DNA of 52,806 nucleotides from Desulfobacterales bacterium (GTDB lineage Bacteria; Desulfobacterota; Desulfobacteria; Desulfobacterales; C00003060): NCBI GenBank assembly GCA_032126655.1, contig JAQBAU010000012.1, positions 1 to 52,806 of the forward strand, read 5' to 3'. Shown piece by piece: positions 43,514 to 52,806 of this stretch (position 1 is its first letter; each line of letters starts with the position of its first letter). The notes under the pieces were generated by a model. It saw only the letters and a program-made list of their open reading frames with translations, ran no database searches and was not told where the DNA came from. The position numbers and the translations under genes were made by a program.

Positions 43514-44146
43514 ATGGCAGAGCCAAAGAAGGAAGAAAAGACAACCAAGAAATACATTGAGGAACAAATCAATACCCTGTCTACCAGTCCTGAATGCGGG
43601 ACCACGCATTACAACCTTGGGATTGGCCTGATCAAAGAACAGAAATGGGACGAGGCCGCTGAGGAGCTTATAGCAGCCGTGGATGCCAGCCCCACCCTGG
43701 GAGAGGCCTATGTGGCTCTGGGTGGGATTTCCATGTACAAAGGACATCTGGATGACTGCATCAGGTACAACGAGCAGGCTGTCAAGGTCAGACCCAAGTT
43801 CTCACAGGCTTACGGGAATCTGGGTTTTGTCTACTTACAGAAAGGTCAGCCGGACAAAGCTCTTGAACCCCTGGAAAAAGCTGTTTCCCTGAATCCGCAG
43901 TTTATTCAGGCCCACAGCAGTCTTGCGAGTGCTTATTTTATGCTTGGCCGGCTGGACGAATCGATCGCCGCTTCTGAGAGGGCCTTGGCGCTTGACCCCA
44001 CTTTTGCCGTTGCACACAACAACCTTGCATTGGCGTATTTTGAGAAGGGAGCGCATAAGGAAGCCATTGAGCACTGCGACAAGGCACTGCAGCATGGATT
44101 TGATGTTAAGCCCGAGTTCTTGAAGGAGTTGGAACCGTATCGGTAG
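43514..44146 (+). CDS. tetratricopeptide repeat protein
   Basis: Serial 34-aa repeats (AYGNLGFVYLQKGQPDKALEPLEKAVSLNP, AHNNLALAYFEKGAHKEAIEHCDKAL). Confidence 0.8.
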   Translation: MAEPKKEEKTTKKYIEEQINTLSTSPECGTTHYNLGIGLIKEQKWDEAAEELIAAVDASPTLGEAYVALGGISMYKGHLDDCIRYNEQAVKVRPKFSQAYGNLGFVYLQKGQPDKALEPLEKAVSLNPQFIQAHSSLASAYFMLGRLDESIAASERALALDPTFAVAHNNLALAYFEKGAHKEAIEHCDKALQHGFDVKPEFLKELEPYR

Positions 44147-44224
44147 GCAGACCTTTCAGCTATCGTGTGGTCATGCAAGAACAGTGGCTTTGGATGGGGT
44201 TTGATCTTTGCCGTCCATACGGCG

Positions 44225-44320
44225 TGATGGAGTATTGGAGTGCTGGAGTATTGGGTAGGAATAGCCGAACAACTCCTTGTTTTCTCCTATATCCATCACT
44301 CCAGTACTCCATTACTCCAA
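44225..44320. repeat. imperfect palindrome built from 8-nt periodic units (copy 2, inverted relative to copy 1)
   Basis: ccatcactccagtactccattactccaa matches the reverse complement of 34937-34964 at 27 of 28 positions. ggagtgctggagtattggg matches the reverse complement of the copy 1 right arm at 18 of 19. The loop sequences are unrelated. Confidence 0.8.
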
Positions 44321-44372
44321 TTGGGGCCAGGCTTCTAAGTTTACCTTTTTGATCTATTGAGTCAAAACACCC

Positions 44373-45530
44373 TTGACCAAAGCTCCCCCACCCAACGTTA
44401 CTTACCTGGTTCCATCCCCAGACGGTCACGTTCCCTTAGACGATTCCACGTCTCAAGCCCCTATGCGCCTGACACGGCGCGGGGACACCATTCCTGGTGA
44501 TCTTACTCTCAATTATGGACAGTATTTCAAAGGGATAGCTGCTGTTATATCAAATGACAGTTATGCATCCCTGATGAAGGCCACAACCAGGCAACTGGAA
44601 CGAGACATATTCCTGTCCGACATTGACCGAATTCTGATCTACGCTGAAAAGCACGGCAGTGACTACCACCCGGCGAAAATCGAAGTTGTACTGCCTGACA
44701 CCATTGCCGCCTTTGTGATGAATGTGGCAGTCACGGCAAGGGGAAAGGCCAGGCTGTCCCGTGAGTTTGAAGTCTTGCAGGATCTGAACAGGAGGTATGA
44801 TTTCCCTTATCTGCCGAGGACATACTTCCAAGACGAAGCTTCCCTTCCCCCCATGTTCATGTTCCTGGCAGACTGGTTTGAGGGATATTATGAATTCCAT
44901 CTCTCAGTTGATCCGAAAAGCGGTTCAGAGCGAATTGCCCTTTGGGATGCAGGCGGGGGTCACCTCTACCTGTCTGACTCGCAGACTCGGGAGATATACC
45001 GTCAGGCTGCTATGATACTGACCCGGTATTATGATGTGGAGACCTTTGAACAGATCTTTCCATGGCACCATGCAGCCGGTGATTTCGTGGTGAAGGCAGA
45101 AGGGAGATCCTTAGAAGTGAAACTCATAACAGCCAGGCAATACACTCCTATGCTAGACAGTTCCGAGGGGGTTACGGTCCACGATGCTTTGCTCTTCTTT
45201 CTGTTGAACCTCTCTTTGAGGATGCGCCTGGACCGTTTGGATGGCGTGGGTGCGGTGGCATGGGCAAATGACGGATGCGTTCAAGCGACCCTGGAGGGAT
45301 TCATGGAAGGTCTCAGGATCAAGGAGCAACGAGGGGTCATTCCGGGTGGCTTTCTCGACGCGTTCATCCGGGATATCAAGCCTTTTTCTGTAGAAGAATT
45401 GTCACGCGGATTCCACACCCTTGTTGATGCGTGTGATCAATCGGCGCCGGACATACCCGTCCTTAGAAACCATCTCGAAAAACACACTTCGAAATTCTAC
45501 TCAACCCTTCAAGATTTAGGCGGTTTGTGA
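44373..45530 (+). CDS. hypothetical protein (385 aa; start uncertain) immediately upstream of dsrAB
   Basis: Long non-repetitive ORF. The listed start is TTG and the first ATG is 44463. No firm family; FPWHHAAGDFVV weakly recalls a kinase-like catalytic loop. Confidence 0.55.
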   Translation: MTKAPPPNVTYLVPSPDGHVPLDDSTSQAPMRLTRRGDTIPGDLTLNYGQYFKGIAAVISNDSYASLMKATTRQLERDIFLSDIDRILIYAEKHGSDYHPAKIEVVLPDTIAAFVMNVAVTARGKARLSREFEVLQDLNRRYDFPYLPRTYFQDEASLPPMFMFLADWFEGYYEFHLSVDPKSGSERIALWDAGGGHLYLSDSQTREIYRQAAMILTRYYDVETFEQIFPWHHAAGDFVVKAEGRSLEVKLITARQYTPMLDSSEGVTVHDALLFFLLNLSLRMRLDRLDGVGAVAWANDGCVQATLEGFMEGLRIKEQRGVIPGGFLDAFIRDIKPFSVEELSRGFHTLVDACDQSAPDIPVLRNHLEKHTSKFYSTLQDLGGL

Positions 45531-45647
45531 GAGCATCTCTCCCTTCCCGTGGAGCCAATTAGCACCCCTCTTGACAGCCGGGGCGGCTTTGTTTTCCCTC
45601 ACAACCAAAAGGAGACAGGTCCACCGCATAATCCAGGGTTTTTTTTG

Positions 45648-45676
45648 TTGACAAAATGAATGAATCAGACTATATA
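45648..45676 (+). promoter_or_regulatory. candidate sigma70 promoter of dsrABDN
   Basis: TTGACA (45648-45653), 17 nt, TATATA (45671-45676), preceded by a T-rich tract. Lies ~200 nt upstream of the dsrA ATG. Confidence 0.55.
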
Positions 45677-45876
45677 GAGCGTCTGCGCAAGCGTGTCTGG
45701 ATGTTTGTTCCCAGGTCACTGTAACATATTCTTTTTTCACTATTTTTGCTAATCTTTGACAACACAGAATCACCAGACTGAGAGGAGGTGAGAGGGGACT
45801 TTATCTTGGAGGAGAATGGGGTAACGCTTTTTTATATTGTATGAAATGATGATAGAGAAAGAATGGAGGTAGGATA

Positions 45877-47196
45877 ATGGAATTTAAGCACAAAACCCCA
45901 CTGCTGGATCAACTGGAGACCGGTCCTTGGCCGAGCTTTGTGACTGACATTAAGCGCGAGGCCGAATCCAGGAAGAAGAATGAGAACAACGTTGAATATC
46001 AGGTGAATCCGGATATTTGTGAGGACCTCTTGGGTATCCTCGAGTTGTCCTTCGAGCACAAACGGACGCACTGGAAACATGGCGGTATCGTGGGTGTGTT
46101 CGGCTACGGCGGCGGCGTTATCGGTCGGTACTGCGACCAGCCTGAGATGTTTCCGGGCGTGGCCCACTTTCACACCATTCGTGTCAACCAACCCGCGAGC
46201 AAGTTCTACAGCACCGAGTTTCTGGGGGCACTCTGTGACCTTTGGGAATTCCGTGGCAGCGGCCTCACCAACATGCACGGGTCTACAGGGGATATCGTTT
46301 TCCTGGGGACCTTCACAGACCAACTGGAAGAGATATTCTACGAGTTGACCCATAACCTGAATCAGGACCTTGGCGGCTCGGGGTCTAACCTCAGGACGCC
46401 ATCCTGCTGCATAGGAAAAGCCCGTTGCGAGTGGGCCTGTATGGACACGCAGGACATATGCTACAACTTTACCATGGAGTATCAGGATGAGTTGCACAGG
46501 CCCGCATTTCCCTACAAGTTCAAGTTCAAGTTCGATGGATGCCCCAACTGCTGTGTGGCCTCCATTGCCAGGTCTGACTTGTCTTTTATCGGGACCTGGA
46601 GGGACAAAATCCGCATCGATCAAAAGGCGGCAGCGGCTTATGCCGGTGGAGAGTTGGCCCCCAATGGTGGAGCCCATGCGAGTCGAGACTGGGGTCCGTT
46701 TGACATCCAGAAAGAGGTCATAGACATTTGCCCCACCGGTTGCATGGCTTGGGACGGCAAGAAGCTTTCCCTCAACGACAAGGAATGCACCCGGTGCATG
46801 CACTGCATCGCTGTCATGCCCAGGGCCCTGAGGCCGGGGGTAGACACGGGTTGCAGCGTTCTGGCTGGTGCCAAGGCCCCCATCCTTGACGGTGCCCAGA
46901 TGGGCACACTCATCGTGCCCTTCATAAAAGCAGAAGCGCCGTATGATGAGATCAAGGAGCAGGTTGTTGAGCCCATTTGGGATTGGTGGATGGAAGAAGG
47001 CAAGAACCGCGAGCGCCTCGGTGAGCTGATCAAGCGCCAGGGCATGCAGAAACTGCTGGAAGTGACCGGTTTTAAGGCGGTTCCGCAGATGGTTCAGGAG
47101 CCTCGATCCAATCCATACGTCTTCTGGAAGGAAGAGGAAGTTGAAGGCGGCTGGAAACGAGACATCAACGAGTTCAGAAAATATCATAAGAGATAG
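45877..47196 (+). CDS. dsrA: dissimilatory sulfite reductase alpha subunit
   Basis: MEFKHKTPLLDQLETGPWPSFV N-terminus and a ferredoxin insert (CPTGC...CTRCMHCIAVMP). SD ggaggtagg. Confidence 0.93.
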   Translation: MEFKHKTPLLDQLETGPWPSFVTDIKREAESRKKNENNVEYQVNPDICEDLLGILELSFEHKRTHWKHGGIVGVFGYGGGVIGRYCDQPEMFPGVAHFHTIRVNQPASKFYSTEFLGALCDLWEFRGSGLTNMHGSTGDIVFLGTFTDQLEEIFYELTHNLNQDLGGSGSNLRTPSCCIGKARCEWACMDTQDICYNFTMEYQDELHRPAFPYKFKFKFDGCPNCCVASIARSDLSFIGTWRDKIRIDQKAAAAYAGGELAPNGGAHASRDWGPFDIQKEVIDICPTGCMAWDGKKLSLNDKECTRCMHCIAVMPRALRPGVDTGCSVLAGAKAPILDGAQMGTLIVPFIKAEAPYDEIKEQVVEPIWDWWMEEGKNRERLGELIKRQGMQKLLEVTGFKAVPQMVQEPRSNPYVFWKEEEVEGGWKRDINEFRKYHKR

Positions 47197-47209
47197 GGGG
47201 TGAAGCGGA

Positions 47210-48358
47210 ATGGCTTTTATATCATCTGGATACAATCCAGCAAAACCGATGGAAAACAGAATTACGGATATTGGACCGAGGAAACCCGATGAGTTTTTTC
47301 CTCCAGTCATCAAGAATAACTATGGCAAGTGGCTGTATCACGAGATTCTTGAGCCAGGAGTCCTGGTTCATGTGTCTGAAACGGGAGATGAGTGTTACAC
47401 CGTGCGAGTGGGCGGTACCCGTCTGATGAGCGTATCTCACCTCCGTGAGATATGTGAGATCGCCGACAAGCATTGCGACGGCTATCTCCGGTTCACTACC
47501 AGGAACAATGTTGAGTTCATGGTGGACAGCAAAGACAAGGTAGCGGCCCTGAAAGAAGATCTTTTGAGCCGGAAACAGGCCGGCGGGTGCTTTAAGTTCC
47601 CAGTTGGCGGGAGCGGTGCAGGGATCACAAACATCGTGCACACCCAGGGCTGGGTCCATTGCCACACCCCGGCCACGGATGCTTCGGGTCCGGTCAAGGC
47701 GACCATGGACGTGCTCTTTGACGAATTCACCAGCATGAAGATGCCGGCCAAGGTGAAGGTTTCACTGGCGTGTTGTCTGAACATGTGCGGTGCGGTCCAT
47801 TGCTCGGATATTGCCATCCTGGGCTACCACCGCAAGCCGCCCTTGCTGGACCACGAATATCTGGACAAGATGTGCGAGATTCCCCTTGCCATTGCAGCCT
47901 GTCCTACGGCAGCTATCAAGCCGGCCAAGGTGGAAGTTGGCGGTCAGAAGCTGAACAGTGTCTCGGTGAAAAATGAGCGGTGCATGTTCTGCGGCAACTG
48001 CTATACCATGTGTCCGTCCATGCCTCTGGCGGATACCGAAGGTGACTGCGTGGTCTTGATGGTCGGCGGCAAGATATCGAACCGTGTCAGTGCACCAAAG
48101 TTCTCCAAGGTGGTTGTGCCCTATTTGCCGAACAACACCCCTAGATGGCCAGAGGTGACCGATGCGATCAAGAAGATCGTTGACGTGTATGCCGCTGATG
48201 CAAACAAGTATGAGCGCCTTGGTGATTGGGCCGAACGGATCGGTTGGGAGAAGTTCTTTGAGAAGACAGGTCTTCCCTTTAGCCATCATCTCATTGACGA
48301 TTTCCGTGACCCGGCTTATTACACGTGGCGTCAGACGACCCAGTTCAAATTTACCTAA
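47210..48358 (+). CDS. dsrB: dissimilatory sulfite reductase beta subunit
   Basis: DsrB-type N-terminus ([24 protein letters not shown]) and a ferredoxin insert (CPTAA...[12 protein letters not shown]). Confidence 0.93.
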   Translation: MAFISSGYNPAKPMENRITDIGPRKPDEFFPPVIKNNYGKWLYHEILEPGVLVHVSETGDECYTVRVGGTRLMSVSHLREICEIADKHCDGYLRFTTRNNVEFMVDSKDKVAALKEDLLSRKQAGGCFKFPVGGSGAGITNIVHTQGWVHCHTPATDASGPVKATMDVLFDEFTSMKMPAKVKVSLACCLNMCGAVHCSDIAILGYHRKPPLLDHEYLDKMCEIPLAIAACPTAAIKPAKVEVGGQKLNSVSVKNERCMFCGNCYTMCPSMPLADTEGDCVVLMVGGKISNRVSAPKFSKVVVPYLPNNTPRWPEVTDAIKKIVDVYAADANKYERLGDWAERIGWEKFFEKTGLPFSHHLIDDFRDPAYYTWRQTTQFKFT

Positions 48359-48376
48359 ACCGAAAAGAGGACATAG

Positions 48377-48616
48377 ATGGACACAGATGCATCCAAGCAG
48401 CTCATTTTAGACACGCTTGCAGCGAAGAAGGGCAAATCGAAGTTCTATCTCAAGGACTTCTACAACATGTTGCCCGACGAAAAAGTAAGGGCTGTGAAGA
48501 ACCTGGTGAATGAAATGGTCCGGGATGAAACCCTTGAGTACTGGTCGAGCGGGAGCACCACCCTGTACGGGCTCAAGGGCGCCGGCAAGCAGGCTGCAGC
48601 CGAACACGAGGATTAG
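48377..48616 (+). CDS. dsrD: DsrD
   Basis: 79 aa. KFYLKDFYNMLPDEKVRAVKNLVNEMVRDETLEYWSSGSTTLYGLKG is the winged-helix DsrD pattern. Confidence 0.88.
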   Translation: MDTDASKQLILDTLAAKKGKSKFYLKDFYNMLPDEKVRAVKNLVNEMVRDETLEYWSSGSTTLYGLKGAGKQAAAEHED

Positions 48617-48690
48617 TCTTCGGCTTTCTTGAAGACGACCCGGATCATTTACCAAACCGGGTTGTTTCTCGGTATTAGCTAACTGTAAAC

Positions 48691-50106
48691 ATGGCCTTTC
48701 CCCGGATCATAATCGCTGCCCTGCGCGGGGGTTCGGGGAAGACGATCGTCTCAGTTGGATTGATCGCGTCCTGGCGCAAGCGCGGGATGGTCATAGCCCC
48801 TTTTAAGAAGGGACCAGACTTTATTGACGCGGGGTGGCTGGCCTTGGCGGCCAGCCGCCCCTGTCATAATCTGGACACCTTCTTGATGCCCACCGATAAG
48901 ATTCTCCTTTCCTTTACAAGCCGCACCAGGACGAGTGACCTCGCAGTTATCGAAGGAAATCGGGGTCTCTACGATGGAATCGACCTTGAGGGGAGCACCA
49001 GCACGTCGGAACTGGCCAAGCTCCTTAAAGCCCCTGTCGTTCTTACCATAGACTGCACCAAGAGTACCCGCACCGTGGCTGCCATGATCCTGGGCTGCCT
49101 CCAATTCGACCCTGAAGTCGATATTTGCGGCGTTATCTTAAACCGTGTAGCCGGTGCCCGCCACGAGTCGATCATCCGCAAGACGGTCGAACAATATTGC
49201 GCCCTCCCTGTGCTTGGGGCGATACCGAAGATGAAAGGGGAGGCCTTTCCCGAGAGACACATGGGACTCGTCCCTACGCCTGAGCACAACTGGGCAGACG
49301 AGTCGGTTGAAAAAGCAGCCGGGATGGCCGAGAAGTATCTCGATCTTGACAGGCTTTCTTCTATCGCCAGCAAGGCACCTGACCTGGGAGTTAAGTCTGA
49401 ACTATCTGGTGATGACGCAGCATCCCCGTCGCAAAAACCCATGCCAGCGCCGCGTATTGGCGTGATTCGGGATGCAGCCTTCCAGTTCTACTACCCTGAA
49501 AATTTGGAGGCGCTTGAAGCCGCAGGTGCCGAGGTTGTCACGGTAAGTGCACTAGCAGATCCAGACCTTCCGGACCTGGACGGTCTCTATATCGGAGGGG
49601 GGTTTCCGGAAACCCATGCCCAGATCCTGTCGGCAAACGAAGGATTTCGAGACGATGTGCGTCGTATGGCCGAAAAGGGCATTCCCATCTACGCAGAATG
49701 CGGCGGACTGATGTATTTAGGTGAGAGCCTCGTGTTTGACGGGGTGACGTACCCCATGGTTGGGGTCTTTCCCGTGGTTTTTGGGTTTTCAAAGCGACCC
49801 GAGGGACACGGCTACACGGTCTATGAGGTGGAAAAGGCCAATCCCTATTTTGAAACCGGTCTTGAGGTCCGAGGGCATGAGTTTCACTATTCAAGTGTCT
49901 TGAGCTGGCAGGGAAAACCAGAGGACCTCGCTTTCCAAGTAACACGGGGAATCGGGTTTGCGGGCAAGCGTGACGGTCTTTGCTACAAGAGAACCCTGGC
50001 CACCTATTGCCATTTGCATGCCCTGGGAACCCCTTCCTGGGCCAAGGCGATGGTTGCGGCCAGCATTTCCTACCGCGCTTCCGTTCCGTTATCTGCCGAG
50101 AAGTAG
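48691..50106 (+). CDS. dsrN: cobyrinic acid a,c-diamide synthase homologue (DsrN, siroheme amidase)
   Basis: CbiA family (GGSGKTIVSVGL, GFDP...IAGVILNRV, C-terminal GATase with YAECGGLMYL). Its position after dsrABD is the DsrN position. Confidence 0.85.
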   Translation: MAFPRIIIAALRGGSGKTIVSVGLIASWRKRGMVIAPFKKGPDFIDAGWLALAASRPCHNLDTFLMPTDKILLSFTSRTRTSDLAVIEGNRGLYDGIDLEGSTSTSELAKLLKAPVVLTIDCTKSTRTVAAMILGCLQFDPEVDICGVILNRVAGARHESIIRKTVEQYCALPVLGAIPKMKGEAFPERHMGLVPTPEHNWADESVEKAAGMAEKYLDLDRLSSIASKAPDLGVKSELSGDDAASPSQKPMPAPRIGVIRDAAFQFYYPENLEALEAAGAEVVTVSALADPDLPDLDGLYIGGGFPETHAQILSANEGFRDDVRRMAEKGIPIYAECGGLMYLGESLVFDGVTYPMVGVFPVVFGFSKRPEGHGYTVYEVEKANPYFETGLEVRGHEFHYSSVLSWQGKPEDLAFQVTRGIGFAGKRDGLCYKRTLATYCHLHALGTPSWAKAMVAASISYRASVPLSAEK

Positions 50107-50112
50107 CCGGAA

Positions 50113-50160
50113 CAAAAAAATGGGGCAAGGCCTGAAATGGTCCTTACCCCATTCTTGACG
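50113..50160. terminator. bidirectional terminator between dsrN and the cytochrome c3 gene
   Basis: aaaaaaa-aatggggcaagg-loop-ccttaccccatt-cttgacgtttctttc. The stem pairs at 11 of 12 positions. Confidence 0.65.
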
Positions 50161-50175
50161 TTTCTTTCTTTGTTA

Positions 50176-50619
50176 CTACTTAGCGGGATGGCACTCCTTG
50201 CATGTGGTAGGGCCGGTTGGCTTGGCTTCTTTCTTCAGAGCCTTGTGGCACGCTACGCAGTTCTCGTGAATCGCTGAATAGTAGTACTTCTGGATCTTCT
50301 CTTCATTGGTCAGCTTGGGTGCATCTGCCCCAGCCGGCGCTTTGGCCTCAGTGTGGCAAGCGTCGCACTTCTGGACCGCATCACCCTCTTTCCACGTGTT
50401 CTTGCCGTCTGTGTATGCATGGTGACAGTCCGCACATGGAACCTTGTAATCCGCGTTGTGTTTCTTGTGGGAAAATGTGACCAGGCCTTTCGTGTGCTCT
50501 GGGAAAACCTTTGACTCCATGGTCATGGTTTCAGCGCACTCCTGAGTGGCATTAACAACTGCAAACAGAAACACCACACTCATGGCTGCGACTGCCAATA
50601 CTAGCATTGATCTCTTCAT
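50176..50619 (-). CDS. periplasmic tetrahaem cytochrome c3
   Basis: Signal peptide plus four haem motifs: CADCH, CDACH, CVACH, CKECH. Confidence 0.85.
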   Translation of the reverse strand: MKRSMLVLAVAAMSVVFLFAVVNATQECAETMTMESKVFPEHTKGLVTFSHKKHNADYKVPCADCHHAYTDGKNTWKEGDAVQKCDACHTEAKAPAGADAPKLTNEEKIQKYYYSAIHENCVACHKALKKEAKPTGPTTCKECHPAK

Positions 50620-50726
50620 AAGCTGTTTTCACCCCCTTTCAGAATAAGTCTAAATACAGTAAAAATGACTCTATTCGAACGCGCTCTGTTACCAAAAATT
50701 GGGTTTAGTGTCAAGGAGAAAACCCC

Positions 50727-51488
50727 CTATCCTGCGCTTTCCTGGGGCTCCTCGGCATCCTTTTTTGCCGCCTTTTTTCCAAACACCCGTGCGCCTATGA
50801 TGCTCACCTCATAGAGCAAAATCAGCGGTCCTGCCATCAGGATCTGTGTGATCACATCCGGCGGCGTCAGAATGGCGGCAAATACAAAGAACAATAGTAT
50901 GGCATACTTACGGTTGGCCTTCAGGAAAGGGACATCCACGATGCCGAGTTTGGCCAGGAAGGTTATAAAAAGAGGTAACTCAAAGACGATGCCAAAGGCG
51001 AAAAGGAGTTTGGCTGAAAAACCCAAATATTCCCTCATGGAAGGGAGGGGCCTGACATAATCAGATGCAAATCCCATGAAGAATTTGAATCCAAATGGAA
51101 AGACAACGAAGTAGCCGAAGAGTGCTCCGCCTACAAAAAAAATTGAGGAGAGGAACACGATAGGCAGAACGAACCGCTTTTCCTTGTCATAGAGCCCGGG
51201 TGCAATGAACATCCAGAGTTGGTATGTGATGACAGGTATTGCAAGAAGAACCCCTGCCAGGAAGGCGACTTTGAGATAGGTAAAAAAAGCCTCTGGGAGC
51301 CCGGTGTAGATGAGTTTTTCTTCCGGAGGCATTGCAGAAAGAAGGGGCATCATAAGGATTTCAAAGAGTCGTCGTGAGAAGATGTAGCTGATGACGAAGC
51401 CGACGCCGATTGCGGCGAAACAGATTATCAGGCGCCTGCGGAGCTCCTCCAGGTGAGCAGTGAAGGGGAGTTTTTCGTCGTCACCCAT
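50727..51488 (-). CDS. tatC: twin-arginine translocase subunit TatC
   Basis: [13 protein letters not shown]-terminus, 6 TM helices, and the PPDVITQ motif. Confidence 0.92.
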   Translation of the reverse strand: MGDDEKLPFTAHLEELRRRLIICFAAIGVGFVISYIFSRRLFEILMMPLLSAMPPEEKLIYTGLPEAFFTYLKVAFLAGVLLAIPVITYQLWMFIAPGLYDKEKRFVLPIVFLSSIFFVGGALFGYFVVFPFGFKFFMGFASDYVRPLPSMREYLGFSAKLLFAFGIVFELPLFITFLAKLGIVDVPFLKANRKYAILLFFVFAAILTPPDVITQILMAGPLILLYEVSIIGARVFGKKAAKKDAEEPQESAG

Positions 51489-51864
51489 TGCTTGCGGGGT
51501 CCTTCAATCCAGGATTTTTTTCAGGCTTGTCCTCGGCAGGCTCTGCTGCGGGCTTCGTTGCATCATTTTCAACGGCGTGCTCAAGATCGTAATCTGCGAC
51601 GGCATCCGGTTCCTGCTTGGCTGTTTCCGTCACAGACTTTCGCACTGTGTCTTCAAGATCGTCCTTGACCTCTCGCAATGTGTCTCTCGCCTCCCGCAGG
51701 TCGTTGTCTACGTCAATGTTCTCCTTGAACTCCTGTGTGGCCTTCTTGAACTCGGCAATACCCCGGCCGAGAGATTTGGCGATTTCCGGGAGTTTCTTGG
51801 GGCCAAGGACAATGAGCGCGACAGCCAGAATCACAATAATCTCTGGCATCCCCATGCCAAACAT
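51481..51864 (-). CDS. tatA: twin-arginine translocase TatA/TatB-family subunit
   Basis: [42 protein letters not shown], then an acidic tail. 8-nt overlap with tatC. The listed ORF extends to 51933. Confidence 0.85.
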   Translation of the reverse strand: MFGMGMPEIIVILAVALIVLGPKKLPEIAKSLGRGIAEFKKATQEFKENIDVDNDLREARDTLREVKDDLEDTVRKSVTETAKQEPDAVADYDLEHAVENDATKPAAEPAEDKPEKNPGLKDPASNG

Positions 51865-52023
51865 GCGTAACTCCTCTATATAAGGGCTGGTTTTCCGTAT
51901 AAAAACTGCGTTAACGTATATTGATATCTTCACCCAGTGTCAAGGCATATCCAAACTGTGAGGTCTTCCCGTTTAAGCGGTCGGTTTCCCTGCCTGCCTT
52001 TACCGTCTGCGGCAATAATTCTG

Positions 52024-52052
52024 TTGACAACGCACACGCCCTTTCCTATGAA
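52024..52052 (+). promoter_or_regulatory. candidate sigma70 promoter of tRNA-Leu
   Basis: TTGACA (52024-52029), 17 nt, TATGAA (52047-52052). The tRNA 5' end is 9 nt downstream. Confidence 0.6.
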
Positions 52053-52061
52053 AGCAACTGG

Positions 52062-52149
52062 GCCGGAGTGGTGAAATTGGTAGACGCAGAGGACTCAAAA
52101 TCCTCCGGACCTTGCGTCCGTGTCGGTTCGATTCCGACCTCCGGCACCA
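52062..52149 (+). tRNA. tRNA-Leu (anticodon CAA), CCA encoded
   Basis: Acceptor stem gccggag/ctccggc, anticodon loop cuCAAaa, long variable arm (cggaccttgcgtccg), T-arm gtcgg-ttcgatt-ccgac, discriminator A, then CCA. Confidence 0.9.
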
Positions 52150-52166
52150 GAAAAATGCCCACGAAC

Positions 52167-52205
52167 GAAGGGGCCTTGGCACTGCCAGGCCCCTTCTCGT
52201 ATTCT
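52167..52205 (+). terminator. terminator-like hairpin after tRNA-Leu
   Basis: gaaggggcc, 12-nt loop, ggccccttc. The T tract is weak. Confidence 0.45.
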
Positions 52206-52338
52206 GGACGGATCTACCGATCTTGGCCAAGCCGTGCTGCAAAAAAGCGGAACGTTTGATAGAGGCTTCTACTGGTGGGGGCTACAGGGAGATTCCCCGA
52301 GAAAACTCAGACTAGAGAGAGGGTGAAGGGAGAAGATC

Positions 52339-52719
52339 ATGGAACGTGTAGGTCGACATTATCCTGAATTCTCAAGAAGGCTTGCAGCACTGCTGATTGA
52401 TTTGATTATATTGGAGGTGGCCCTTGCCATCATTGTCTTTTTACCCGGGGCTATCCTGCACTTTTTAGGAAGATAAAAAGTGTCCGTGATGCCGCTGACG
52501 CCTGCCCTTAGTTATCTTCTCTTCCTCCGATACTTCACGCTCATGGAAAGCTCCTATAAACAGGTTACCATAGGAAAACTCTTTCTATGGATGGCCGTAG
52601 CCAGTGTGAAAGGGGGGAGGATGAGTTTCAATAAGGCCCTTTTGCGAGATATCGGCAGATATATACTGCCACTGATAGTACTTGAGATTAGTACCCCAGC
52701 CGCGCCGTGGACATTATGA
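52339..52719 (+). pseudogene. RDD-family membrane protein interrupted by an in-frame TAA
   Basis: ATG 52339 encodes ...FSRRLAALLIDLIILEVALAIIVF...HFLGR, then TAA (52474-52476). The same frame continues (K)VSVMPL...GKLFLWMAVASVKGGRMSFNKALLRDIGRY, which is the rest of an RDD domain. Confidence 0.5.
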
Positions 52720-52806
52720 CAGGCCATAGGGGTCGTCATTGCATCGTATCCAGCCCCCGGGACCTGGACCCAAGTGGGGGATCATTGGGCAAAAAAAGAA
52801 GGAATA

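Noticed and set aside
44160-44429. ORFs on both strands giving MEYWSAGVLG... and ...PALQYSITP... peptides.
   Set aside because: They are translations of the 8-nt periodic palindromic repeat (copy 2). The periodic peptide pattern mirrors the DNA repeat, so this is not a gene.
45832-47313. 493-aa minus-strand ORF covering the whole of dsrA.
   Set aside because: It is antisense to a gene with unmistakable DsrA motifs. Its translation is low-complexity (Gly/Pro/Leu/Arg-rich) with no recognisable motif, so it is a typical shadow ORF.

Overview
This window looks like core chromosome from an anaerobic, dissimilatory sulfite/sulfate-reducing Desulfobacterota (deltaproteobacterial) type organism. I saw no transposase, integrase, CRISPR array or recognisable defence system. 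Genes I am confident of: (i) the mercury-methylation pair hgcA/hgcB behind a MarR gene, divergent from an ArsR-headed arsenic/thiol-redox operon (COG0701 permease, two Trx_3 proteins, Acr3, Trx, CcdA, ArsF-like); (ii) a livFGMH plus binding-protein ABC operon; (iii) housekeeping genes (lepB, era, DEAD-box helicase, pyrR, def, csp, hsp20, usp, tatAC, tRNA-Leu-CAA); (iv) the dsr set, with dsrC as its own promoter/terminator unit, a siroheme decarboxylase subunit, dsrA-dsrB-dsrD-dsrN and a tetrahaem cytochrome c3. The best candidate for an undescribed system is a tightly packed 8.5-kb minus-strand array (30172-38739): YcaO, DUF134 regulator, frameshifted PNPOx-like gene, NifX-like::DUF5320, DUF5320-like zinc ribbon, two MinD/ParA-ferredoxin ATPases, radical SAM, DUF59, NifX-like, Mrp/NBP35::NifX-like. 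No nitrogenase genes are present. It faces a divergent operon (39075-44146) encoding a YkgJ Cys-cluster protein, a small unknown protein, a B12-radical-SAM::trigger-factor-type PPIase::TPR fusion, a PrmA-like methyltransferase and a TPR protein. Other notable points are an IspH::UbiA-like fusion, an HgcB with a second Cys-rich tail, two families of structured intergenic repeats (7/8-nt periodic imperfect palindromes and ~150-nt nested palindromes beside both YkgJ paralogues), and two disrupted genes (a PNPOx-like frameshift in a homopolymer run and an RDD gene with an in-frame TAA). All family assignments come from motifs read in the supplied translations; no database search was possible.
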